A stretch of DNA of 64,000 nt, taken from NCBI GenBank assembly GCA_002633005.1, contig NMRA01000099.1, forward strand, positions 319,086 through 383,085, given 5' to 3'. The notes below the pieces were generated by a model. The model saw nothing but the letters and a program-made list of their open reading frames with translations. It did no database searches and was not told the origin of the DNA. This stretch comes from Phoronis australis (Eukaryota > Animalia > Phoronida). A program made the position numbers and the translations under genes. Below, piece by piece: positions 53,301 to 64,000 of this stretch (positions are counted from its first letter, which is position 1; every line of letters begins with the position of its first letter).

Positions 53301-55167
53301 TTGTATTTTTCATCAGTAACTCTTAATGGTCAGTACTTAGGCCTTTGGCAGATATTATATATGTATGTGCTTACCGGTATGAACGTACATACATAACATT
53401 GACAGAAATGTGATTTAAAGCTACCATAAACTGCCATCTTGTGTCAAAAACGATATTCTCCACAGGCATGTTTGCTCTTCCAAAGCAAAGTCACCACATT
53501 CTTTTCCTTAGGTTAAGCTGGAATTGACTGTATGATTGGAATTTGCCCTGATGGCCATGCTACTTCAGCAGCTGAAACTGGCTGTGTCAAGCAAAGGTCA
53601 CGAACCTCAGATGGAGCAATAGCAAACTGTCAGGTCTTCTCAAAGCAAGAAACTATTTATAACCTAACTAAGGAACAACATGAGACTGATTTTATGATGA
53701 CAAGTGGCCTAAATCAAAACTTGTTTTTTGACGGAAATTGTGGGTTCAAACCCTTGGTGAATGAAGCAAGCCCAATTGTACATGATTATCATTCACTTAG
53801 AGCTTCTGAGTTTCCATGTGGAGGAGAAAACTTTTGGAGAAATTTTGGAATGATTGCCAACCACAATGCTAATGGCAAAATGATATAAACAGTGGTCGAT
53901 TACCCCGATCACTCATTGGGTTCACTGCTTATGCCGTCAGACATGCACAGACACTCATTGGATACACTGCTTATGACATCAGACATACCAAACATACATT
54001 GGATACAGGCCTTCATGCAGCGTACGTCCTGGGCGTCCATTNACCAGACACTCATTGGATACACTGCTTATGACATCAGACACACCAAACATTCATTGGA
54101 CACACTGCTTATGACATCAGACACACCACACATTCATTGGACACAATGTTTATGACATCAGACATACCAAACATTCATTGGACACACTGCTTATGACATC
54201 AGACACACCACACATTCATTGGACACAATGTTTATGACATCAGACACACCAAACATTCATTGAATACACTGCTTATGACATCAGACACACCAAACATTCA
54301 TTGAATACACTGCTTATGACATCAGACACACCAAACATTCGTTTGATACACTGCTTATGACCTCAGACATACCAGACATTCACTGACTACACGGCTTGAC
54401 ATCAGACACACCAGACACTCATTTGATACACTGCTTATGATGTCACACATTCATTGGATACACTGCTCATGATGTCAAACACATCAGGCATTCATTGGGT
54501 ACACTGCTTGACATCAGACCCACCAGGCACTCATTGGATACACTGCTTGACATCAGACCCATCAGGCACTCATTGGATACACTGCTCATGTCAGACAAAC
54601 CGGAGTGAACTTTCCAGCTTACCATGAGCATTCGAGCACAAATTGCAAATAAAAGGTGAATGACTGGACTTTTCGAAAGGCGACTGGACTTATTGGTGTT
54701 AGAAATTAGTAAGCCAAGTAATGAAATGCTCACTTTATTAGAATCGATCCCAGTGTTCATACTTGAAACAGAATCGATCCCAGTGTTCATACTTTTAACA
54801 GAATCGAACCCAGTGTTTATACTTTTAACTTTCTCCAAAGGTCATCATACACTGAACATTCTGTTAAAAAATTTTCATCTTCAATCAGGTCAGGGCACAC
54901 AGAAGAAGAGAACATTCAACCTTTTCCAAGAGTTTTCTTTGATTTTTTTTACCATTTTCAAAAATTTAACTGTGACAAATGTGAGCCAAGCAATTAATAT
55001 ACTTATTCTACCTGCTGGTAATCTGGATCCCTGACATCGGTACCACTGATGTAGGATGAGATAGAAATCATGGCTATCGCCATCAACGACAGGCAGATAA
55101 TGAACACGACAGCGGGTGGACGAGACTGGGCAAATCCCTTTAGATTGTCCAGCGGAGTGAAGCCCAT
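44304..55167 (-). CDS. TMEM248: Transmembrane protein 248, about 290 aa, 7 coding exons
   Basis: Exons 55012-55167 (MGFTPLDNLKGFAQSRPPAVVFIICLS), 51806-51945 (DWNSFLDHISDLEFCV), 50223-50338 (NITHLHGQIRGYQLGL), 48857-49010 (INITFELPFEW), 46932-47097, 46134-46256 (LINQHLLHTSTFLFMMVVFMLAYALLKGRP), 44304-44321 (LPSLT*). Motifs are colinear with human TMEM248 as recalled (SRPPLVVF, DWNTFL, LINLHLMHTSYFLF..KGRP). An acceptor 8 nt upstream of the ATG implies an upstream non-coding exon. Confidence 0.92.
44456..45173. mobile_element. Kolobok-like MITE
   Basis: TTAA TSD on both sides; TIR GGTTATGTA(A/G)GACCTTAT...AAGTCTGT, with imperfect inverted similarity extending roughly 150-200 bp. Purine-purine termini fit Kolobok better than piggyBac. 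Confidence 0.75.
45306..45868. mobile_element. Tourist/PIF-Harbinger MITE, same family, inverted relative to 42619-43442
   Basis: Same TIRs; TSD TAA/TAA; the subterminal sequences match the first copy in reverse orientation. Confidence 0.85.
47535..48820. other. Tandem duplication around the N at 48345 (probable uncollapsed haplotypes)
   Basis: 47535-48344 matches 48346-48820 except for a 333-bp segment (47901-48233) present only in the first copy. Confidence 0.85.
49917..50149 (+). repeat. Second copy of the 2581-2805 repeat family
   Basis: Shares the motifs listed for 2581-2805; ends GAAAATTCCAACCCCTG. Confidence 0.65.
53078..53138 (-). mobile_element. tRNA-derived SINE head or tRNA pseudogene
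   Basis: Minus strand CGTAGCCTTAACTGG ... GCGAGTTCAATTCCTGGC, resembling A and B boxes. Confidence 0.35.
53906..54598. repeat. 41-bp (some 39-bp) minisatellite in a TMEM248 intron, containing the N at 54042
   Basis: Unit CATTCATTGGACACACTGCTTATGACATCAGACACACCA(A/C)A, about 16 copies. Confidence 0.92.
54741..54829. repeat. 3 x 30-bp tandem repeat
   Basis: GAATCGATCCCAGTGTTCATACTT(G/T)(A/T)AACA repeated three times. Confidence 0.9.
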
Positions 55168-56159
55168 GGCGTTTCCTGTCAAGGAACAAACAAACGTGAA
55201 AAGGTGTGAGGTCTTAGCAAAGTGTTGAGTCCATTGACTTCATGGGAGACTCAATGTTCAGTAGGTGCACCTAACAAAAAAGAAATCCTCTCTTTGGCAT
55301 CGGCAAAAAATGAGACCAGAAAGCTGTTCACCGTGGCCTACTGGTCCCAAGTAACAACCTGAACTTAAGAAGGTGAGAACGCTGCCTGACAAGCACCACC
55401 TGACAAATTTCCAGCTCCTCATCACTAGTGCATACAAGCCATTTGAGTAACTAAGTTTCCAGATAAAACCTGAGCTTGACATTAGCAGTAGTGCGGCTGT
55501 CCACTACAGTCAGTGTTCAGGACTAGTTAAATTACTAAGGAGACCACCTGTGTGACAGGGCAATTTTCATAGTGCCGAGCCCTGATATGATCGCCGTGAC
55601 TGCCACGAAGCGTAAGGTGATGATCCTGTTGGTTCGAGGTACGGAAGTTGCAGGTTTGTCGCGTGAAGTCACGATGTCGATAACGCCGTCCATCCGTAAT
55701 TCATCAGTAATTTCCATACCACCCTTGACCTCGAACCGACAAAGTGCAAAGTGTGTTTGGGCTTTTAGGGAACATTTTTGTGCTTTGACAGCGAATTTCT
55801 TGCGAACTCGCTGGCGCAGCACACCATGAATTGTAATTTGTATTATAAGAAAGAACAATTTCTCATGGTTTGTTGAACCCCTGTTTTGTGTAAATTTATT
55901 GAGTTATGTGTTTGATATGGACGGCGGAATCGAAGCACCCGTGGAATTTCTAGTCCCGAGTGTCATACCTTGTAGTATTATATGTAGTGTATTGGAGACG
56001 ATCAGAAGCTGAGGACGCCTGTGGGTTATTTCTGAATTCAGCAGGGCATATGAATCCAACTAGTTTTCAGTTTGATTATTCAAGCCGTTCGGCAATTTTC
56101 AAGTAAGCCACATATATGTTGATGAGTTGCCATAAATGACATAAAAACAGCACACCTAC

Positions 56160-56778
56160 CAAAGGTTGGAGAGGGTTGAAATAAATTTATGGCAAGACTA
56201 CGTTGCCAACAAAGCTGAAGAGGCCACCATCTTGTTTTTGAAGATGTTGACAATCTCGTTTTCAAAAATGAGAACATACGAGACAGAGCGGACCACGCCT
56301 ACTTGTTTATGCTGGTATACAAGCATCCCCGAAATATGTTTTGTAAATATCTAGTATTCACGGTAATTTACAAACAAACAAAACCGTGTGAGGTAAAGCA
56401 CCAGTATATTACGAGAGTTAAGGCATAACCCATTGAAACCAAACTCCGTGATGAAATGCGTGACGTAAGCTCTAGAAATCATTGTTTGCCGACAACCCAG
56501 ACAAAACCTGGAACAGCCATATTATTACACGTGATTGCGCCTAAAGTTCCAAATATGGGAAAATGTTCATGACGTCAGCAAAACATTTGATTTGGATTGG
56601 TCGATATCAACAAAGTGTCAATCATTTTGCACGTGTTTAGTGATTATTTGGCTGTGTGTTATTGTATTGTAACGCGCCATTTTGCTTGGAGTGAAGTTCG
56701 GTGTCAATCGTTAGTCTCGGGAAGACATGTTTTCCACGATAAACTACTCATGATTTGTCGTCACTAACTGAAGACAGG
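56160..56778. promoter_or_regulatory. Putative bidirectional promoter TMEM248/MNT with E-boxes and CRE
   Basis: CACGTG at 56528 and 56630, TGACGTCA at 56570, GATTGG (CCAAT) near 56594, CGCCATTTT (YY1-like) near 56675. A candidate TMEM248 5'UTR-exon donor (G|GTAGGT, minus strand) lies near 56160. Confidence 0.6.
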
Positions 56779-59700
56779 ATGAATCTTGGAACACTGCTTG
56801 AAGCTGCCGAATATATCGAATTAAACGCAATCACACAACTCAATACACGTGGTACTGGTAGGTAAACCACATGTCGCGTTTGGGGTTCTAGAAATAGGTC
56901 AAGAAAGAGATCTCAAATTAATTGGCGGAATAGTCAATTAATATCCCGTATTTTTGTGGAAATGTTTCCATATGTTGCCTTATTAATTTTAACTTCCAAC
57001 CCTAAGAAATTGTTCGTGTGTTTTCCCATGATTTGTGTATTAGTTTATAGTTACCGTCCCATGGTTAGTGCAACTGGTCACGTTTCTTATTTCGTAGTTC
57101 TGCCGGTGAAAGATGATGCTATTTCGGCCTTTAAACGTAATGAAGAGTGTCGTGGATACGCAAAGGGTTATTCAACATCTCTGCCTGCATGGAAATTAAG
57201 GGTTGCAGGGGATCATGCCTACACGGAGGACGATCCAGCGTCAAGGGAGCGGCGACGGGCAGGAGGGTAATTACATCTTACATTCAAATTGTCGCGTAGT
57301 AATATTTCTATTTTTAGCATCGTTAGATGCCGCCCACTTTTTCTGAAATAGTTCCTCATGGTCTTGTGCACTGTCTCGCTGGTTCCCTGCGTGCCGCTAG
57401 ATGGGGCGGTAGCCGCGCCAGCACGTAGGTATCACTTAAATTTCCTCTGTAAATTTTTTTACACCGGCGTTTCTGATTGGCTAGTCGAATTCTCAACAGG
57501 CAGCGCTTTGCGCAAACAAACTGGCATGACTGATGGACTGAAGTGTAAATGTCACGGTGGTCTGTTGTACAGACAAATCGGTGCTTAAAATTATGTTCAG
57601 GAAATGTGAAGCCTACTAGAAATTGTATTGAGCCTTTTCGGAATACATCTTTCTACTGTCGATGACGTTTGTTTACGATAGTGTCCTTATACAGTATGAA
57701 TAACACACCGGTTAAATCGGCCACATAATATGTGTTTATTGTGCATGTATGTGCTTCAAGCACGCGGCTATTAAACATCACTTCAGAAACGACAAGGCTA
57801 AAAATCGTTCACAGTCAGCCATTTTTTCACGGTGTTGTAAAGCTAACCAATGACTGCCAAGATTACATCGACCAATGCTAAAGCACGTGCCACTAGGTGA
57901 TACCTGCGTGCTGGCTGGGCTAAGCACGCAGGGAACCAGCGAGGTGCACTGTATGCTGAACTGAGAATTGAACATTTGAGTGGCAGCTAGAGAGATGGCT
58001 CTAATCATGTTTTTTACGGTATAAGACCGTTTAACGTGGTATTAAACCCATACTTTCTGTCAAAAACAGTTTTAATTTAGGTCACCTGTGATTGCAAAAT
58101 TGTTCTCGTGGCTTGTTCCTTAGGGATGTATGGGTTGCCTTGGAAATAATTAACTGATAGTTATTTCTTCAGATCAAGTTCATAAAATTTCAGGTTGTGT
58201 TGTGACCTCAAGTTTTACCTATTGTTTTAATTTAAAAGAGGTTTAGTTGCCTCTATTTTCCAACGTTTTTCGTGAAACTGTTCTGAAAATAATTCTTGTT
58301 TTTGCTCAGTCTCGAGTTATAGAGGTCGAACACCTACAAATATTCATATTGGGCTAATTTTTGCATTGCCTATTACCTAAGATTATTACCCGCAGTGCTT
58401 TTATTTTCAGTGCTGGTACCCGTGAAGTCCACAATAAACTGGAGAAAAATAGGTAATCATTGCTTAATCAATCAATCAGTCATCATTTATTTTAGTGACC
58501 TGTAGCAACTGCTACCCAACCACAACTTGGGCTTATAAGTCACCATTTCAAAGCGAATGTACAAAAAAGGCAACACATACATATATACATCTGTTTTCAT
58601 TTTTCTAAGGCTTCATAAATGTGGAAGCCTGTAATTTCTCAAAACATTTGATGGTAGTGTAGAACTTTACATTGATAACATTTATTTGGTGCAACATACC
58701 TCTAATAGAATAAAAACATTGCATTTCTCTGAGGTTTTATCTTAAGTTGGATTAGAACTTATATTTTATTTCCACAGCATATATTTGCTTCCAGCTTTTG
58801 AAACCTAAAACAAAACTCTTCCAGTCAGAAAGATTTCACAGATGATAAATAAACTCAAACAAATATCTACAAGGACTGTTGTGCTGTTTGTAGTAAAACT
58901 TCCAAACAAAATTGACAAAACCAGGGGCATGTCACCTCTCAGGTTGTGTTCTATTCAAACCCTGTTCTGACTTGATGAGATTTTACTGTTCTTTGACTCA
59001 TGGAATGAACTAAGTGCAACATTCTACCATCAGTAGTAAAGGTTTCAAATGCAGTAGTATTAGAGCTGCAAAGGTAAGACTGCTTAAAACCCGTGGCTTT
59101 TTGGTTTACTTTCATCTGTTATCATAGGTGGGGGCAGGGAGTGTGAAATTGATACCGACTGGAGGAGGAGTTGAAATTGGCGGCGACCGGGGTTATGTTT
59201 GTGTGTAAATTTCTCGTACACCTTCATTCAGCCAAATCTGTGCCATACGCCCCTTGAACAGCCAAGTCCAGATACGCCTATTTCTGTTGTTGATGGTTTC
59301 AGGAGAGCTCATTTGAAGGAGTGTTTTGAGGTGCTTAGGAGACAGTTACCAGGCGTTGATGATAAGAAAGTGTCAAACTTGACAATTCTTCGTCATGCGA
59401 TCCAACACATTCAGGTACTTAAAGGGGCACTCTTTCCTTCTCAGGGTTTACATATGACGGTTAGAAATTAATAAAATTTGTCGTTTAAGACTTGACTTGT
59501 AAAGTACATGTGAAGAATTATACAGTGGCAGCCTGTAATATTAGCTCACGTATTCCAAGATGTTTAAAGCTGCTATGTACCCACTTCTGTCAAAAAACTA
59601 AACTTTGAGTTCGACACTTAACCATAATAACATAGGTCTTAAATTGTTCCTCACTCCTAGGACTGACTGAAACTACTCTGAATTTGGAATGTGTTGAAAC

Positions 59701-62667
59701 CAGTTTTATGACGATAAGTGACCAACATCAAAGTTAGTGTTTTTTACTGAAGGCTGAGTTGTAGCAGTTTTTCTGTCCTGGCTAATGCAACATTCGCATG
59801 CTGTTATATCAGTTGGCATTAAGGATGTATGATCTGTGTTTTGAACAAAGTTCATGCTCGTCAGATGTCTGATGTGACATCTCCCAAATAAGACATGAAA
59901 TCTGCCTTTTTACTGTTACTGTAAGAGACTTCTGGTTGGGTTCGGTGTGCCTATAGCGATTTGTCTTGCGTGATTTGCCAGAATATTTGCATTTTGCACG
60001 TTACTTTATGCCAATTTCTCCTTGTACAGCAGGTAGGATGACTTTGTGAAATCTCGTTTTAGGCGACTGCCTTCTCATAAAAATTCCACTGCGTGAATGA
60101 AGTATAAGAGAGGAATAAAGTTCAGTGAGAAGGATTTTTTGTATCATCTTGTTTTCAGTTTCTGAAAAATAAAGATTCCCAGCTGGAAAGTGAAATGGAA
60201 ATACTTAAAAGGAAAAAATTAGAATCACAGAAGAGGATCAATGAACTCAAGGCTGACCTGGCCCAGATGAACATTGAGGTCAACCCGAATGATTGGATCA
60301 GACATTCGGACCAAGACAGCCATTCAACGTCCACAGCAACTGGTCAGTGATTAAGTGTCTAATTAATTTAATTTGCTTTGCATTATAATGTTGTGTGACT
60401 ATTGTGTTGGGACATTTGCAAGTTTCAATGGTGAAGACTGTGTTGGTATGAAACAATTGCTTCTGGAGACGTTGAGTAAAATATAAATCACTCACAGATG
60501 ATTTTTTGATGATCCAAACGTTTCGAACCGCACGCTTTGAAAACTGAGATCGAGGACTACAACTCCCCCAATAAAGGGCTGTTCCACTTTGGGATCACAC
60601 ATCAATGTTGGACCATTCGTTGACGGTAGAGTGCAGGTTGAAACGTTCAAATAATCAGCAAGTTGTCTCTGAGTACTTGGTCATCTATAGTTTACTCGAG
60701 GTCTGTTTTGTTTTAGTTTTGCATGTGCCAGAAGAAAAAACGCAAGTTGGGAGATAAGGCAAATTAAAATGCTTGAGAAATTTTATCAGAACTAGATAAG
60801 TAATGGTGTCTGTAATTGTAGTGAAGTCTTACCTGTTAAGTACTCCGTAAATTGGACTAGTGGTCTTTTCATTGTCAAATTTGTCAATCATGTTTTTGTA
60901 GTGTTCTGCCGTCATATTTTGGTTATTATTGTTATTATTATTATCAACATCGTCACCGTTATTATTATTATTGCTATGTAGAAATCGGTGAAGACAAACA
61001 CCTATTCAGTGATGACAATGAGGATGATAGTTCAAACAGTGATACTGAATCAGATATTGAAGTCGATCTTCCTTCACCGTCCTGTAAAGATGACCCTGCT
61101 CATTCAGCGAATCCTACTTCTCATAGTAAGTTGTTCGTCGTTTCTTCTGGTGCGTAAAGTTACACGTTGAATAGCAACTGTGACATTGCGTCATCACACG
61201 TCACCGTGCAACACTCAAAATTATCTAGTGGATAAGTTTTGAAGTTTTGTGCAGCCCAGCCCAGCTCTGACGAATGCCATCATTTGATATCATTGTTCTT
61301 GTCTGAGTTTTCGTATGATTTGTTTGGTCAATTGACTTAACATTTTTGCCATGCTATCGTCCCTTTTACATTTAACCAGGTTGGTGTCAGAAGTTGTTTT
61401 TACATTAATTTTCATTTTTTTTAAATTTATTTTTGACTTTGTGTCTTGTGTAATATTGGTATTGAATCAGCTTTCACCCGGGCTTGTATGCGCTTGAGTG
61501 GTTTAGTACTGGTCACCATCTTGTTTAAAAATCAATGGTAATTTTTACACCACTACTTACGGTAAAATGTCACCAATTTCTGACAGAATTGATTGCTAAA
61601 ATTGACTTTTTTGATTTTTCAAAGGCGTTTAACATTCTTGTCAGTGCCCTTACTTTCTCAGAACATTGTATGTTTGTAGTCATGCTGTAGAACTTGAAAA
61701 TATTAGAGCGTCTATTTCATCCCACTTATCTTTTGCTAAACAATTTTGTAAAATAAGATTTTGCTTGTCTGCCATTTGTGTCCCAAATTGCTAAGATTTT
61801 ACCGTAGTCTTGGTTTCAGTGGGTTGTGCATATTACAAGAAGTAACTTTGAGCGATATATTTTGTTGTATTGTAAATTTTTAAACCATGCCATTGTGATT
61901 CTTAGATTGTTTGCTGCATCACGTTTCTCTTAATGTCTCCCGTCTCTTTTTGCACTATCTCTGCAGTAGCTACTTTTCTGGAACACTACAGCGCCCTCTC
62001 TGATTCATCACTATTTACCCAGGCACAATTCTGTGCATCAGAGGGACATTTTCTACTTTGGTGTAATGCTTGTCACTGTTTCACGCCAAGATTAGTCGGT
62101 CATTCATCTTTCTGATGTCAATGAAGTTTTGTTGTTGCATAATGAGTTATAAAGCAGTCATCTGAACATTTGAAAAAACTTATGTGATGAAACGTTAGTC
62201 ACTTGTATGACTCAGAAGTGTGTTAGCAGCTCTATATTTCCAAAACTGGTCCAATTTGACAATGACTTTCCTTCTCCCGCAAAAGAAGAAAGAGGATTTC
62301 AGGATGCGGAAATTTTGTGTTTATTGTTAAGCGCTGTGTAATGAAGGTCATTCTAGAGCTACAATAATCACAAGAAATAATGTTTATTTACCAGGCAAAG
62401 AAACATTTCCAACTGAGCCAGACACGCGTCCTGCTCTCACAGTCACCATCACCCCTCCATCGCCCCCACCCCAAACGAAGGCACAACAGGAGCTTGTGCC
62501 AGGTGTATCAGCTAATCAGACCAGACAAAAGACGGAGACACAGAGGGCGCTGCAACAGCATATCTTGAAGCAACAGCAAAGATCTCAACTGCCTGCTACT
62601 GTGAGCCCAGTGTCGTCTGCTAATGGCATGCAGAGGTCATTCACAGTAACAACACGACCTGTTGCAG
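56779..62667 (+). CDS. MNT: MAX network transcriptional repressor (bHLH-Zip with Sin3-interaction domain); 7 exons, continues beyond the window
   Basis: Exons 56779-56857 (SID, MNLGTLLEAAEYIE), 57098-57266, 58411-58452 (GTREVHNKLEKNR), 59303-59414 (RAHLKECFEVLRRQLPGVDDKKVSNLTILR), 60159-60342 (zipper, STSTAT), 60982-61125, 62395-62667. GTREVHNKLEKNRRAHLKECFE is characteristic of MNT rather than MXD/MXI1. No stop is reached; exon 7 ends at a GT donor. Confidence 0.93.
57375..57943. mobile_element. Non-autonomous DNA transposon with 9-bp TSD (MULE/Merlin-like) in MNT intron 2
   Basis: Perfect 20-bp TIR CTCGCTGGTTCCCTGCGTGC, a second inverted block (GCCAGCACG(T/C)AGGTATCAC), and a flanking direct repeat GTGCACTGT (57366-57374 and 57944-57952). 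Confidence 0.75.
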
Positions 62668-64000
62668 GTGGGTTTATTTTGGTAGTCCAGTAAAAATATC
62701 AAAATAACTGCGCCATGTTGAAATTCACTATCATGCCAGGCGGCGATGAGGTCTTTGGTAGACAGGCGTTCTGCACCACCTACAGATCCCATGTAATGCA
62801 GACAAGACTGGTATAAAAAACAGTCCAACACCTTTCATGCTATCATAATGCCGGCAAATTTCCACTATTGTGCAATGTACTTAAGTCTTTTGTAAAAAAG
62901 GCAAACTTTTTGAAATATCAATGGATAAACAAGGACATCATGTTACATACATTTTCCACTGTAAAGAAGTTTGTGACAAAGCCAGTAGCTGCTATCCCAG
63001 CTGGTGTCAAAAAGCTAAAAATAAATTAATGAACTTAAATAAAATAATGAAACAATGAAAGGACTGGCAATGGAATTTATTCCTTTACTTTTAAATTAAT
63101 GAAAACTTTGTTGTAATTGAATTTCTGTCCTCCAAATCTTAGTCGAGATCAAGCGGAAGTTACTTCAGTGCTCTCGCTACTCTAGAGCTCGGCAATATGA
63201 AAAGTGCCCTATTATCACAAGACAGGGATCAGGATTAGTTTTATATTTCTTATAGAGATACATATTCTCAGCTGGTTATTTTCCTTGTAGTCGAAACAAC
63301 CAATATCATAATAGACTTTCTCAGTCTAATACACTGGTCACTTATGTTGCGATCAGAAGTCAGGTTGAACATTTAATCCGAATTACTTCTTTACATGTGA
63401 ACGCTTGTCAGGCGTCTCATCTGTCTTCTTGTCATCCAATCATGAACCAGTGTGAGGCACCTGATTTGAGGTTAAGCTCTGTTCACCCTATGTGATAGTA
63501 TGTGATTGGCGAGGATATTAGAGTTTTCACATTTTGTTCAATACTGGTGAGACAACAAATAAGATTCCTTTGTGAACACTTGTTTTAATCGTCTGATCTG
63601 CCTTCTCATTGTCTGAATTCTGTATAAGCCTTACATTTGTTATCTAGAAAGTTCCAAATGTGGCATTCTGTGTCTACAAATATTTCCTGCTCTGAGTGGC
63701 ATATTTTTATTGACTTATTCAAATACTGCAAAAATTAAAAATTCTTTGAAATTCTTATTTTAGGAATACAATGAATTATTGTATTCTAATGTGTTGTCAG
63801 CAGTTTTTATCATTTAAATTAGGTTTTGTACGACCGTATCAACTTGTCGTGTTGCCAAATATCTGACTTCTTAAAAGTACATATTTTCTGAAAGTAGAAA
63901 GCCTGTACAATTTAAGTTTTGACTTAACACCAATCTAACATTAGTTGGATCACGTGACTATGTGTTTTAGTAAAATTTAACAAAAACGATACTAAAGTTA

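Noticed and set aside
53906-54838. Repeat array and ORFs 53892-54155 and 54467-54838 as a CRISPR or repeat protein
   Set aside because: Contiguous tandem units with no unique spacers; the ORFs are by-products of 39- and 30-bp periodicity inside a TMEM248 intron.
55535-55858. Overlapping antiparallel ORFs (107 and 85 aa)
   Set aside because: CpG-rich promoter-proximal intron next to a MITE end (..CGAGCCCTG near 55583); no recognisable protein or supporting splice structure.
2912-62667. U12-type (minor) introns
   Set aside because: All inferred donors are U2-type; none reads GTATCCTT or ATATCCTT.

Overview
Eukaryotic (animal) genomic DNA, AT-rich and intron-rich; the proteins and repeat types suggest an invertebrate, probably a marine deuterostome (inference). 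The ORF track is mostly noise because the genes are spliced. Reading GT-AG boundaries and phases by hand gives four multi-exon genes arranged <-MORC2 | CUSTOS-> <-TMEM248 | MNT->. MORC2 (minus, 23 coding exons, 34090 down to 2912, C-terminus not found in the window) is head-to-head with CUSTOS/C12orf43 (plus, 6 exons). TMEM248 (minus, 7 coding exons) is head-to-head with MNT (plus, 7 exons, continuing off the right edge). Introns hold many non-autonomous DNA elements (Helentron/HINE-like, Harbinger-, Kolobok-, Tc1/mariner- and MULE-like MITEs), tRNA-derived SINE heads and minisatellites. Three single Ns are present; two are flanked by near-identical duplications that are probably uncollapsed haplotypes. 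Top leads: (1) two HINE-like elements in one MORC2 intron carrying about 18 co-oriented CTCF-like motifs at roughly 145-bp spacing; (2) a 43-bp minisatellite that copies the MORC2 exon-14 donor and creates stronger decoy donors behind a stop codon; (3) a candidate HCF-1-binding motif in MNT. No prokaryotic system or CRISPR array is present.
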